From an uncultured bacterium (lineage in GTDB: Bacteria > Lernaellota > Lernaellaia > Lernaellales > Lernaellaceae): a DNA stretch of 33,136 bases. Below, in pieces: positions 1 to 9,496 of the stretch (positions are counted from its first letter, which is position 1; every line of letters begins with the position of its first letter). Below the pieces are notes generated by a model. That model was not told the DNA's origin and ran no database searches. It saw nothing but the letters and a program-made list of their open reading frames with translations. The stretch is from positions 1 to 33,136 of the forward strand of contig CAZHPN010000053.1 of NCBI GenBank assembly GCA_964534375.1. The letters run 5' to 3'. A program made the translations under genes and the position numbers.

Positions 1-2
1 AC

Positions 3-2378
3 CCCGCGGCCGGTCTTTCCGGCACGAACGGAAACAACGGACAATTTCTGATCGTCAACGCCGACCCCGGCGCGCCCGCCTTCATCGCCGCACAGGCCGG
101 CGGCTATGCGGCCTCGACCACTGTGCCCTACCTCTTCGCCGGCGGCATTACGTGGCTGACCGTCATGTTTTCGGCGCCGCTGACGCCAAACAACCCGACC
201 CCTCCAAACTGCGCGTACGGCGACGATGATGACGACACGACGCCGCTTGACGACGATGACGATAGCGTGCCCGGTGACGACGACTCTACACTGTCCGGCG
301 ACGACACGGCGCCCGCGGACGACGACTCCGCGCCGGCCGATGACGATGACCAGGCGAGCGACGACGACAACGATGACAACGACGACGAAGTTGAGAGCCC
401 GGCTCCGACGCCGCAGTGGATAGATGTGTCGTTATCGGTCCCGGCATGTCCCCAGGAGGAAGACAACGATTTGTGGGCCGTTTGGGGAAGTTCGTCTGCG
501 GACGTCTTTGCCGTGGGCGGCCCGCCGAATGGCGCCCCAGTAATATGGCACTACGATGGTTCGGCGTGGTCGAACATGTACAAGTTGTTGCCGTGGTCGC
601 CGGAGCGTGCGCCGTCCACAAACTTGCTCGGCGTTTGGGGAAGCTCGTCCTCGGACGTTTACGCCGTAGGAGGGTACGAACTGCCTTTGGCGCTCCACTA
701 CGACGGTTCGGCGTGGTCGCCGATAACGCCCGGGAACACGCCTCCGGGTTGGTTGAACGGCGTGTGGGGCGCCTCGTCCTCCAACCTGTACGCCGTGGGC
801 GGCGCGGGCGCTATTTATCAATACGGAGGTTCTCCACCGTCGTGGACGCTCGACGCGGACGATGACACGAGCCCAGAGATTAACGGTTGGAGAGGTGTGT
901 GGGGACATTCGCCCACGGACGTGTTCGTCGTGGGGGGGGATATAAACAATAACATTTTGATTTCGTACGGCGATGGCGCCTCATGGACGGCATTCGAGAG
1001 CCTGCCGGACAAATACGCAGCTGGAAGTTTGAATAGCGTTTGGGGGAGCGCCGCCGCGGACGTCTTTGCTGTCGGCGGCCATGGCACGATTCTGGTTTGC
1101 GATGGTCCCTGTAACGGTACATCTTCGTGGTCGGAGGTGACGGCTCATCCCCCTTCTAATTCTCCTCCGACTACACACGGGTTGAACGGCGTTTGGGGAA
1201 GTTCAGCTTCGGACGTGTTTGTTGTAGGCGATGAGGAGGGAGGGGGCCTCGCCTTGATTCTGCACTGCGATGGTTCTTGCGACAATGATTCTTCGTGGTC
1301 GCTCATGACGATCCCGAACGTGGACAAGACGTTGTCGAGCGGTGCGTCCGTCACCCCTTGGTTGGGCGGCGTTTGGGGAACATCCCCCTCGGACGTGTGG
1401 GCCGTGGGACAATACGGAACGATTCTACATTACACTAATGATGACGACGATGACAACGACGACGACACCGCGTGGTCGGAAATGGCGAGCGGCACAACGG
1501 CGAATTTGATCGGCGTTTGGGGAAGCTCCCCGTCGGACGTTTATGCGGTCGGCGCAGGGCCCGACAACGGCGTGGCTCTGCACTACGACGGCTCTTCCTG
1601 GTCGAATGTCGAGTCGTGCAACACGACAGGGCCGTTGAATGCCGTTTGGGGAAGCTCGCCGTCCGCCGTGTTTGTGGCGGGTGACGGGGCCTTGGTGTAC
1701 CAATTCGACGGTTCCGGCTGGACGCCAACGGCGGGCAGCGGGTACGATGATTGGAACAGCGTATGGGGATCATCTAGCTCCGATGTGTTCGTGGTGGGCC
1801 GATTGGGATCAATTAACCACTGGGACGGTTCGTCGTGGTCGGGCATGACGACCGGGGGCCCCGGCAGCCTGAACGGCGTTTGGGAAAGCTCGTCTTCGGA
1901 CGTGTTCGCCGTGGGATACGATCCGGACTTCGGCGTCGGGCAGATTTATGCGTACGACAGGCTCTTTAACAAGTGGCCTACGGTGGCCGACTGCGGCGCC
2001 TGTGTGTACGTCGGCATTTGGGGAAGTTCGGCCTCGGATGTGTTTGTCGTGGGCTTCGAAAACACCGATCCGTCTTTCCCGGGCATCATCACGCATTACG
2101 ACGGATCCGAGTGGCCGCAACCGAGCGCCCCGATCGCCAATTGCCCATCGTTGTTTGGCGTTTGGGGAAGCTCCCCGTCGGACGTATTTGCGGTGGGCGG
2201 GGATGTCAACTTCGACAACCGCACGGATGTGATTCTGCATTACGACGGCGCCTCGTGGTCGCCGGCCGGGCTGACCGGGATACCGCAAGAGTTGCGAGGC
2301 GTTTGGGGAAGTTCTTCCTCGGACGTGTTCGTTGTCGGCGGGGGCGGCACGATTCTGCACTATGCGCCTAATCCGTGA
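3..2378 (+). CDS. Large secreted/surface protein, 5'-partial: end of an unknown domain, poly-Asp linker, then two tandem 7-repeat WGSS beta-propeller domains separated by a short poly-Asp linker
   Basis: The frame is open from base 3 (PAAGLSGTNGNNGQFLIVN...), so the GTG at 123 is internal. It has 14 W-G-S-S-x-x-D-V-F/Y-A-V-G repeats in two blocks of 7, split by NDDDDDNDDDT. Stop TGA at 2376-2378. Confidence 0.85.
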   Translation, partial: PAAGLSGTNGNNGQFLIVNADPGAPAFIAAQAGGYAASTTVPYLFAGGITWLTVMFSAPLTPNNPTPPNCAYGDDDDDTTPLDDDDDSVPGDDDSTLSGDDTAPADDDSAPADDDDQASDDDNDDNDDEVESPAPTPQWIDVSLSVPACPQEEDNDLWAVWGSSSADVFAVGGPPNGAPVIWHYDGSAWSNMYKLLPWSPERAPSTNLLGVWGSSSSDVYAVGGYELPLALHYDGSAWSPITPGNTPPGWLNGVWGASSSNLYAVGGAGAIYQYGGSPPSWTLDADDDTSPEINGWRGVWGHSPTDVFVVGGDINNNILISYGDGASWTAFESLPDKYAAGSLNSVWGSAAADVFAVGGHGTILVCDGPCNGTSSWSEVTAHPPSNSPPTTHGLNGVWGSSASDVFVVGDEEGGGLALILHCDGSCDNDSSWSLMTIPNVDKTLSSGASVTPWLGGVWGTSPSDVWAVGQYGTILHYTNDDDDDNDDDTAWSEMASGTTANLIGVWGSSPSDVYAVGAGPDNGVALHYDGSSWSNVESCNTTGPLNAVWGSSPSAVFVAGDGALVYQFDGSGWTPTAGSGYDDWNSVWGSSSSDVFVVGRLGSINHWDGSSWSGMTTGGPGSLNGVWESSSSDVFAVGYDPDFGVGQIYAYDRLFNKWPTVADCGACVYVGIWGSSASDVFVVGFENTDPSFPGIITHYDGSEWPQPSAPIANCPSLFGVWGSSPSDVFAVGGDVNFDNRTDVILHYDGASWSPAGLTGIPQELRGVWGSSSSDVFVVGGGGTILHYAPNP

Positions 2379-2401
2379 CAAGGGACGGGGAGGATTGAGC
2401 G

Positions 2402-3637
2402 ATGACCAGTGAATTGAAACAGCATTGCCGGCTAGCCGTTCGCCTGAAAACAAAAAGCCAACCCTGTTTCTTGTTGCCTTTGTTGACGTTGGCGCTGCTC
2501 GCCTGCGCCATCGCCTGCGGCGGCGCTGGCGCCGGCAGCCTCGAGCGCCTGACCGATGACGATTCATCGGCGAACGATGACGACAACGACAACGATGATA
2601 ATGACGACGACGTTTCGCCGCCGGCCGATGACGATGACGATGACGACGACAGCACGCCGCAATGGTCAGTCATGTGGAACGGGAAGCCTGGTTCGTTATT
2701 CGACGTTTGGGGAAGCTCCGGCTTTGATGTTTTCGCCTCAGGAGACCAACCCCTGTCCGGCGTGTTTCTGCATTATGACGGTTCGTCGTGGTCGCCCGTG
2801 CCGGGTGTTCCGTCCACGGATAATTTCAGCGCCATTTGGGGAATCTCGGCCAGAGATATTTACGCTGGCGAACGACCCGCGACTCCCCCCTCTTCACCAA
2901 GAATCTTGCACTACGACGGTTCCACGTGGTCGGCGGTGCCGGGTATTCCCCAGACGGATTCGTTTGGCGCGATTTGGGGAAGCTCGGCCACTGACGTGTT
3001 TGCCGCGGGAACCACTTCGGAGAGTCCCTACTCCGGTGTCACCTTGCATTATGACGGTTCCTCGTGGTCGCCCGTGTTGGGTATCCCGCCGACGGATGCG
3101 TTCGCCGCAGTTTGGGGAAGCTCGGCCGAAGACGTTTTCGCCGTGGGCACTTGCGGTGGGCCACTTTGCATCTTGCATTACGACGGGTTCTCGTGGTCGT
3201 CGATGACCATACCGGACGGGACGGCGGGTCAGTTCGGGAGCGTCTGGGGCAGTTCGTCTTCCGACGTATTTGTTAGCGCTACGGGCATCTGGGGAAGCTC
3301 TTGGTCCGACGCGTTTACCATCGACGATCCCAATGGGATACTGCACTACGACGGTTCCGCTTGGTCGCCAATGACGGGCCCGCAACGGCTGGAGTTGCTT
3401 TCCGCGCCGCTGGAAACCCGGACTTCAGACAACGGTTATGACTGGATTTGGCATTATGACGGTTTCACATGGTCTGGGATGAACCTGCCCGCGCCGCCCG
3501 GGGCAACAGCCAATAGCCACTCCGCGACCCCTATTTTGAGAGGCATTTGGGGTAGTTCGCCTTCGGACGTGTTTGCCGTGGGCCAATATGGCTACGGCGA
3601 GACGTGGAACTCCATAATTTATCACTATGGTTATTAG
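2402..3637 (+). CDS. Lipoprotein with poly-Asp linker and 7-repeat WGSS beta-propeller domain
   Basis: RBS GGAGGA upstream; hydrophobic segment ending in LACAIAC-GG (lipobox-like); D/N-rich linker; 7 WG repeats. Confidence 0.85.
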   Translation: MTSELKQHCRLAVRLKTKSQPCFLLPLLTLALLACAIACGGAGAGSLERLTDDDSSANDDDNDNDDNDDDVSPPADDDDDDDDSTPQWSVMWNGKPGSLFDVWGSSGFDVFASGDQPLSGVFLHYDGSSWSPVPGVPSTDNFSAIWGISARDIYAGERPATPPSSPRILHYDGSTWSAVPGIPQTDSFGAIWGSSATDVFAAGTTSESPYSGVTLHYDGSSWSPVLGIPPTDAFAAVWGSSAEDVFAVGTCGGPLCILHYDGFSWSSMTIPDGTAGQFGSVWGSSSSDVFVSATGIWGSSWSDAFTIDDPNGILHYDGSAWSPMTGPQRLELLSAPLETRTSDNGYDWIWHYDGFTWSGMNLPAPPGATANSHSATPILRGIWGSSPSDVFAVGQYGYGETWNSIIYHYGY

Positions 3638-3822
3638 CGCATGGCGGCGGCCGGGGCGGCACGATGCCCGACTGCCGCGCCGCGAAATCGCCGCGGCGTG
3701 CTCGATTGCGGGGCGAGCGATGAGCGCTGCCGACCGGTGCGTTGGCCCCGGAGTTCGGAGGTCTGGACCCGAAAGCGGACGGAGGTTAGTATCGTTTCCC
3801 GAGTGGCACACGGAGCCGTGAG

Positions 3823-5016
3823 ATGAAATACATCGACCTGTTCGGCATTCCGTTGAAACCGAGAATCCAACCTTGTTTTCCACTGCCTTTATTATTGGCG
3901 CTGGCGCTGCTCGCGTGCGCCATCGCCTGCGGCGGCTCCGGCGCCGGCAGCGTCGATCACTTGAACGACGACGATTCGCCGCCGAGCGATGACGACAACG
4001 ACGACGACAATGACGATAACGACGACGCCACACCTCACTGGTCCGTGATGTGGACCGGCGAGCCAGGATCGTTTTTTGGCGTGTGGGGTAGCTCCGCCTT
4101 GGATGTTTTCGCCTCAGGAGACCAACCCCTGTCCGGCATGTTTCTGCATTACGACGGTTCCTCGTGGTCGCCCGTGCCGGGTGTGCCGTCGACGGATTAT
4201 CTGTCCGCCATTTGGGGAAGTTCAGCCACAGACGTCTATGCGGCGGGAATTGTTTCAGCGGGCGCCGACTCCGGTACGATTTTGCATTATGACGGTTCGG
4301 ACTGGTCGGCGGCGCCGGGTATACCGCCGACGTGTGGTTTCTCAAGCATTTGGGGAAGCTCGGCCACGGACGTGTTCGCCGTCGGGGGGTGCGGTTACAC
4401 GCCTTGTGTCTTTCACTACGATGGTTCGGCGTGGTCCGCGATGTCCGGCATACCGCCGACGTGCAGTTTGTTGGCCATTTGGGGAACTGCGGCCACAGAC
4501 GTGTTCGCCGTGGGCGGTTGCGATGACGCACCCTCAGTCTTTAACTACGACGGTTCCGCGTGGTCGGCGATGACCATACAGAACGGGATGACGGGTGCGT
4601 TCGGGAGTGTCTGGGGAACCTCAGCCTCTGATGTGTTTGCCGGCGGTGCGGGCATTTGGGGAAGCTCGTGGTCCGATGTGTTTACCATCGGCGATCCCAA
4701 TGGGACACTGCACTACGACGGTTCCGCTTGGTCGCCCATGACGGGCCCGCAACGGCTGGAGGTGCTTTCCGCGCCGCTGGGAACCCGGGCTTCAGACAAC
4801 GGTTATCACTGGATTTGGCATTACGACGGTTTCACATGGTCTGGGATGACCCTGCCGGCGCTGCCCGGGCCAACAGCCAATGGTTACTTTGCGACCCCTA
4901 TATTGAGAGCCATTTGGGGAAGTTCGCCTTCGGACGTGTTCGCCGTAGGCCAGTATAGCCACGGTGGCGATTATGGCAAGGCATGGATGTCCATAATCTA
5001 CCATTATGGTTATTAG
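3823..5016 (+). CDS. Lipoprotein with poly-Asp linker and 7-repeat WGSS beta-propeller domain; close tandem paralog of 2402..3637
   Basis: GGAG RBS; LACAIAC-GG lipobox; long near-identical DNA stretches shared with the upstream gene (e.g. DVFASGDQPLSG, GPQRLE.LSAPL). Confidence 0.85.
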   Translation: MKYIDLFGIPLKPRIQPCFPLPLLLALALLACAIACGGSGAGSVDHLNDDDSPPSDDDNDDDNDDNDDATPHWSVMWTGEPGSFFGVWGSSALDVFASGDQPLSGMFLHYDGSSWSPVPGVPSTDYLSAIWGSSATDVYAAGIVSAGADSGTILHYDGSDWSAAPGIPPTCGFSSIWGSSATDVFAVGGCGYTPCVFHYDGSAWSAMSGIPPTCSLLAIWGTAATDVFAVGGCDDAPSVFNYDGSAWSAMTIQNGMTGAFGSVWGTSASDVFAGGAGIWGSSWSDVFTIGDPNGTLHYDGSAWSPMTGPQRLEVLSAPLGTRASDNGYHWIWHYDGFTWSGMTLPALPGPTANGYFATPILRAIWGSSPSDVFAVGQYSHGGDYGKAWMSIIYHYGY

Positions 5017-5033
5017 CATATGACGGCGGCTAA

Positions 5034-5103
5034 TGGCCAGCGGCCGAGGGCTGGCGGCCAGTGGCCGAAAGCCAGTGGCCAGTGGGCAGGGGTCAGTGCA
5101 CAG
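5034..5103 (+). repeat. Degenerate heptamer tandem array (consensus TGGCCAG, about 10 units)
   Basis: tggccag cggccga gggctgg cggccag tggccga aagccag tggccag tgggcag gggtcag tgcacag, just after the stop at 5016. Confidence 0.7.
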
Positions 5104-5215
5104 CGAGCCGCACAGGGAGAACATCGACAACGCGTCGCCGTGCGCGAGGTGTTTCGATTCCCTGAGCCGATGGCAAGCAGCTCTTAAGATCCGCGAAGCT
5201 TTGACGAGCATAGAT

Positions 5216-7708
5216 TCACCAGGGGAATCTCATTTTCGCCGGGTCCCACAGCTCGGGGTGGCGCACGACGGCGATGGCCAGCGACGCCGCAAAGACCAGC
5301 GCGATGACGAGCAGCGCTCGGCGGCCTCGCGCTTCATCCGCCGGCGGGCGCAGGATCGCGAGGCCGGTCTCGCGGCGGAACGGTTTGCCGAAGAGGGCCA
5401 GGCCAAGCGTCAGCAAAAAAAGTCCGGCGCCGAAAATGATCTCGACGATGAATTTCGTCGGGCGGTAGCGAAAGACGATTTCATGCGCTCCGGCGGGCAG
5501 CGAGATGCCCTGGTAGAGATAGTCGGCGCGATAGATCGGAACCGCCCGGCCGTCCACCTGGGCGGTCCAGCCTGGGTAATAATTCTGGCGCATCACGAGG
5601 AAAGCCGGCCGCTCGGCCGCGGCGCGCAAACGATAAGAATCGGTCCCCGCCTCTTCAAGGTCGAGGCGGCCGCCCGCGGCGTCAACGGCAGCCGCCGGCG
5701 GCGGGTCGGTTATCCGCTCCACGTAAGCGACCGCCGTCACATCTGCGACCGGTTTGCTCAGCGCGGCCAACGCTTCGGCGGGGTCCCCGACGGCGACGAC
5801 TTGCCGCGCCAGGCTGAACAACGGCGCCGGCGCGGGAATTTCCTGAACTTTGACGCGGCCGGTGTCCAGCACGACCGGCAGTCCGGAGCCTTCTTCCGCC
5901 AGCAGGTACTTGACCGACATGCGCCGCAGCCACGTCACATTCAAGCTTGGGGCGACCTGTTCGTTTCGAGCAAAGCGCAAGGGCGTCTTGCAAACCGCCG
6001 TGTCGATCCCAAACAGGAGCGGGGTGCTGTGCGGCAATCCCTCAATGCCGTAATGGTAGGAGGACACGCCTTCCGCCCAACCGCCGTGACTGTACGGCAG
6101 GTGATTGACTTCGGAGTAGATGCGGAAGCCGTCCAGGTGGTCGTTGAGAAAGTCGACCGTCGCGAATGGCCCGAAAATCGCACGGTCCGCCACCGGGTTT
6201 TCGTTCATTCCGGCGGCCGCCAGGTCGCCGAAGAGCAGCAAGCCCAGGGCCAGACAAACGGCGCGTTTGACCTTCGGGCTGCGCCATTGCGGACGCGTCG
6301 CTGCAAACACCGCGAGCACGAGCGCGAGCGCGAGCGCGGAACGCCAACACAAATCCCGGCTCACCACGGCGCGGACCCGATCCAGCGCCGTCGCGACGGC
6401 GACGGCGTGGAAGGCGCGGGCAAACACCGGGGCGCCGTAGACGGCCGCCGCGCCGCCCCAGGCGGCGGCGAACCAGACCAGCGCGCCGCCGCCGGACAGG
6501 CGCAGAATCTTGCGGCGCGTGCGTTCGTCTGCCTCGAGGATGCGGTCGACGCCGGAGGCGATCAGAAAGGCCAGCGAAAGGTAGACGACCTGCATGAACC
6601 GCGGCGGAATGCGCAGGCGGTCGAACGGCGGCAACCGTTCGAGCCAGCCTTGAAACGGCCCGGCGGCGCCCATCATGTACAGCAACCCGAAGGCGACGAC
6701 CGCGAGATGGGCGCGGCCGCGGCGGCCCAGGTTGCCGGCGAATGCCGCCGGCGCCAGGATCAGCGCGCCCAGCCCCAGGTACGCGGCGACCTCTTTTTCG
6801 TTGTTGTTGATCAGCCACCAAGTGTCATTCATCGCGCGGCCGTGGTGCGCCGGACTGACGAGGCGGATGAGCAAATCCGGCGTCAACGACTGACTGAAGC
6901 TGAAGGCGGCGCCCATGGCCTCTTGCCGAATCGATTGGCCCAACAATTCGACCATGCTGTGAATGATCGCCGCCACCATGGCCAGCGCCAGCAGGACCAT
7001 CGCGAATATCGCCGCGGCCGTCGCCGCCGCCGGGCCGCGCCGTTTGCCGAACCAGGCTTCCATTGCGATTGTCGCGAGATAAACGCCCAGGCCCGCGAGA
7101 GCGAGAATCGGCCCCTGTTGGTGGCCCGTCGCGAACATCGCCGCGAGGATGAGACTGGCGGCCAACACATCGGAAATTCGGCCCTTGGTCAGGAACCGAT
7201 CGACGAAGAAAAAGAGCCAGGGCAGCAGGCAAGCGGACTCGAACAGCATCAAGTGCACCAAGTGAAAAACCAGGTACGACGAAAAAGCGTAGGTCACCGC
7301 GCCGATCGCGGCGGAAACCGCCCGATGCGTTTGCTGGAGCAGGAAATAGGCGCCGAGGATCGCTGCCGCGAGGTGGAGCAGCACCGTGAGGTTCATCGCG
7401 ATCCACGGCGGCAGGTGCGTGAAAATCAAGTAATTGGGCGGGTAAAGCGGCCCCAATTGGCCCTCGGCGAAGCCCGGAAAACCGCCGCAGACGCCCGGGC
7501 ACCAGAACGGGAAATGTCCGTGCGCGACCTCGCCGAAGAAGAACGAGCGATTCGGGGCGGTCAGCCCGATCAGGTCGAAATGAAACAGCGTGCCGGCGAA
7601 CGCCGCCACCTTCGGGAAGAAAGCGGCGATCGAGCCCAACAGCAGCGCGATAATCGGCCACGACGCGCTTCGTTGAGATTCGGGCCCGCACAATTTGCGC
7701 CTCGCCAA
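5216..7708 (-). CDS. YfhO-family multi-pass membrane protein (putative GT-C glycosyltransferase)
   Basis: N-terminal FPFWCP..CGGFP.FAE.Q.GPLYP motif, many TM helices, C-terminal LVMRQNYYPGWTAQVDGR..PIYRADYLYQGISLPAGAHEIVFRYRP typical of YfhO. TTG start is uncertain. Confidence 0.8.
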   Translation of the reverse strand: MARRKLCGPESQRSASWPIIALLLGSIAAFFPKVAAFAGTLFHFDLIGLTAPNRSFFFGEVAHGHFPFWCPGVCGGFPGFAEGQLGPLYPPNYLIFTHLPPWIAMNLTVLLHLAAAILGAYFLLQQTHRAVSAAIGAVTYAFSSYLVFHLVHLMLFESACLLPWLFFFVDRFLTKGRISDVLAASLILAAMFATGHQQGPILALAGLGVYLATIAMEAWFGKRRGPAAATAAAIFAMVLLALAMVAAIIHSMVELLGQSIRQEAMGAAFSFSQSLTPDLLIRLVSPAHHGRAMNDTWWLINNNEKEVAAYLGLGALILAPAAFAGNLGRRGRAHLAVVAFGLLYMMGAAGPFQGWLERLPPFDRLRIPPRFMQVVYLSLAFLIASGVDRILEADERTRRKILRLSGGGALVWFAAAWGGAAAVYGAPVFARAFHAVAVATALDRVRAVVSRDLCWRSALALALVLAVFAATRPQWRSPKVKRAVCLALGLLLFGDLAAAGMNENPVADRAIFGPFATVDFLNDHLDGFRIYSEVNHLPYSHGGWAEGVSSYHYGIEGLPHSTPLLFGIDTAVCKTPLRFARNEQVAPSLNVTWLRRMSVKYLLAEEGSGLPVVLDTGRVKVQEIPAPAPLFSLARQVVAVGDPAEALAALSKPVADVTAVAYVERITDPPPAAAVDAAGGRLDLEEAGTDSYRLRAAAERPAFLVMRQNYYPGWTAQVDGRAVPIYRADYLYQGISLPAGAHEIVFRYRPTKFIVEIIFGAGLFLLTLGLALFGKPFRRETGLAILRPPADEARGRRALLVIALVFAASLAIAVVRHPELWDPAKMRFPW

Positions 7709-7874
7709 CGTGGTTCATCCACGGATCGAATCCGCTGCCGCCAGGTTCCAGGCTATCGTCGCAGCACCGAAAAGCTTTGGCAACGCCGCCCGCGGCGAAG
7801 TTCAACGCCAAGTCCGGTTTTCCAGCCATTGCCGAGACGACAGGGCCGGCGTCGCGTGAGCGGGCCGCAGGCAT

Positions 7875-7906
7875 AAGAAAACGCCGCGACGGTGAGCGTC
7901 GCGGCG
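7875..7906 (-). terminator. Rho-independent terminator of the clostripain-family gene
   Basis: Perfect 10-bp stem cgccgcgacg/cgtcgcggcg (7882-7906) followed on the minus strand by TTTTCTT, about 20 nt after the stop at 7927. Confidence 0.75.
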
Positions 7907-7926
7907 CTGAGTTCGCTTTTCTTCGC

Positions 7927-9309
7927 CTAGTTCACGCCGCTGATCAGGTCCGTCCAATGCGGCACGTTCTTCGCCCAACTGAGGTCCGCATACGACGTAA
8001 GGTAGTACGGTGGGGGGTCCGTGACCGGGTTGGGAAAGTAAATCGAAATGCCGTGTTCGTCGGCGTCCTGCGAGAGGCCGTGCGCATGGTAGATCACGGC
8101 GTTGGCCACCGCGGTCTGCACGGCGGTCGCGGCGTCGTTCACGGCCTGGCCGAGGTTTTCGGCCTGAATCTTCACCGTGAAGTCGTACAGGTCGATGTAG
8201 TCGGTCACGAAAAACGCCAGCGTGTTCTCCAGGGCGTCGAGGACGCTGGCGTTGGCGTTGCCGCCGACGGCGATCAAGGTCACGGCGAAGGCGTCGACGG
8301 CCGTCGCCAGGGCGTCGAGCTTCGTCAAATCGGCCGCCGATTGCGTCGCGTCCGGATACTCGACGTAGGTTTGCGCGATGAGGGTTCCCAACTGCGCCGC
8401 GGTCATCGTCGGCGAGGCTTTGAGCTGCCCCAGGAACTTGTCGTAGGCCCAGCCTTCATCGCCTTCCGTTTCTTCCGAGCCGACGTTCATGGCGGCGAAC
8501 GGGCGCAGATAGTAGTCGATCTCGGCCATCGCCATCATGCAGCAGTCGAACCCGAAAAGGTCGATGTTCTTGACCGCGGTGTTCGCCTGGATCCACGTCA
8601 GCGCCGTAATGAGCTGGTCGTTGGTCATGAGCGCGCCGCCGCCGGGGCCGTCGTCTTCGCAGCAGTCTTTGGTCTTCTTCTTTTCCCAGCCCTCGCCGTG
8701 GTCCCACAGCACGAGCGCGTATTTCTTCGCCGGGAAATTGTCGAAGGCCCATTTGACGCTGTTCTCCAAAGTGACCGGGTCGGCCATGTTCAGCCAGCCG
8801 GGATCCACGAGGTCGTCGAGCGAATTGTGGTTCACTTTGTAGTAGTGGCTGTCGCCCGGGACCTGCCCCGAATAGATCACCAGAATATTCATCTGGGGCG
8901 TCGAGCCGACCGTTTCCATCTGCTGCATGTTCATCGTGCCGTAACCGTACTGGCCCAGATTATTGTCGGCAGCCATGTACACGACGAAGGTCCAATCGGC
9001 GGGCGAGGCGTCGTTGTCGTCATCGTCGTCGGCGGGCGAGGCGTCGTTGTCGTTGTCATTGTCGTCGTTGTCGTCGTCATCGTCGGACGGCATGGTGTCG
9101 TCGTCGTCGGGCGGCGTGTCGTTGTCGTCGTTGTCGTCGTCGTCGGCGGCGGGGGAGACGTCGTCGTCGGCGGGCGGACTCTGGTCGTCGTCGCCCGACG
9201 AAGAGTTATTCGAGCCGCAGGCGACGATCGCCAGCAGCAAGAACGCGCCGAGGAGCGCAACCGAAAGCCATGAACGGGAAATCTTCGGAAACCCAGGTGT
9301 CGAATCCAT
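7927..9309 (-). CDS. Clostripain-family (peptidase C11) cysteine protease, lipoprotein with poly-Asp linker
   Basis: WTFVVYMAADNNL, NMADP.TL, LVLWDHGEGW (catalytic His), GFDCCMMA (catalytic Cys), GSEE; lipobox AIVAC. Start placed at ATG 9309 (MDSTP...), not the ORF-track 9507. Confidence 0.88.
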   Translation of the reverse strand: MDSTPGFPKISRSWLSVALLGAFLLLAIVACGSNNSSSGDDDQSPPADDDVSPAADDDDNDDNDTPPDDDDTMPSDDDDDNDDNDNDNDASPADDDDDNDASPADWTFVVYMAADNNLGQYGYGTMNMQQMETVGSTPQMNILVIYSGQVPGDSHYYKVNHNSLDDLVDPGWLNMADPVTLENSVKWAFDNFPAKKYALVLWDHGEGWEKKKTKDCCEDDGPGGGALMTNDQLITALTWIQANTAVKNIDLFGFDCCMMAMAEIDYYLRPFAAMNVGSEETEGDEGWAYDKFLGQLKASPTMTAAQLGTLIAQTYVEYPDATQSAADLTKLDALATAVDAFAVTLIAVGGNANASVLDALENTLAFFVTDYIDLYDFTVKIQAENLGQAVNDAATAVQTAVANAVIYHAHGLSQDADEHGISIYFPNPVTDPPPYYLTSYADLSWAKNVPHWTDLISGVN

Positions 9310-9496
9310 CGTTGGTTTCAACTTTCGTATCGCCGTGTTGGAGCATCGTTTCGCTGCGGGCGAATCGGGAGCGAAAACGACCGTCATTTCAAAACCGCCG
9401 CGTGGGCCTGCGGCACCCACTTCATCAGTATCAAAACGGGCGCTTTTTGGCAATGGCCGGGCGGGCGGCGGAATGCGGTGGGCAGCCGACCGGGCT

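Noticed and set aside
2402..5016. Diversity-generating retroelement TR/VR pair
   Set aside because: Both copies are full genes, differences are not confined to adenines, and no reverse transcriptase is present in the window.
5033..7876. 947-aa + strand ORF
   Set aside because: Antisense shadow of the YfhO-like gene; Arg/Gly-rich with no motifs, typical of high-GC DNA.
9385..9430. Hammerhead-like CTGATGA followed by a hairpin (minus strand)
   Set aside because: GAAA does not directly follow the stem, and no flanking stems I/III could be built.
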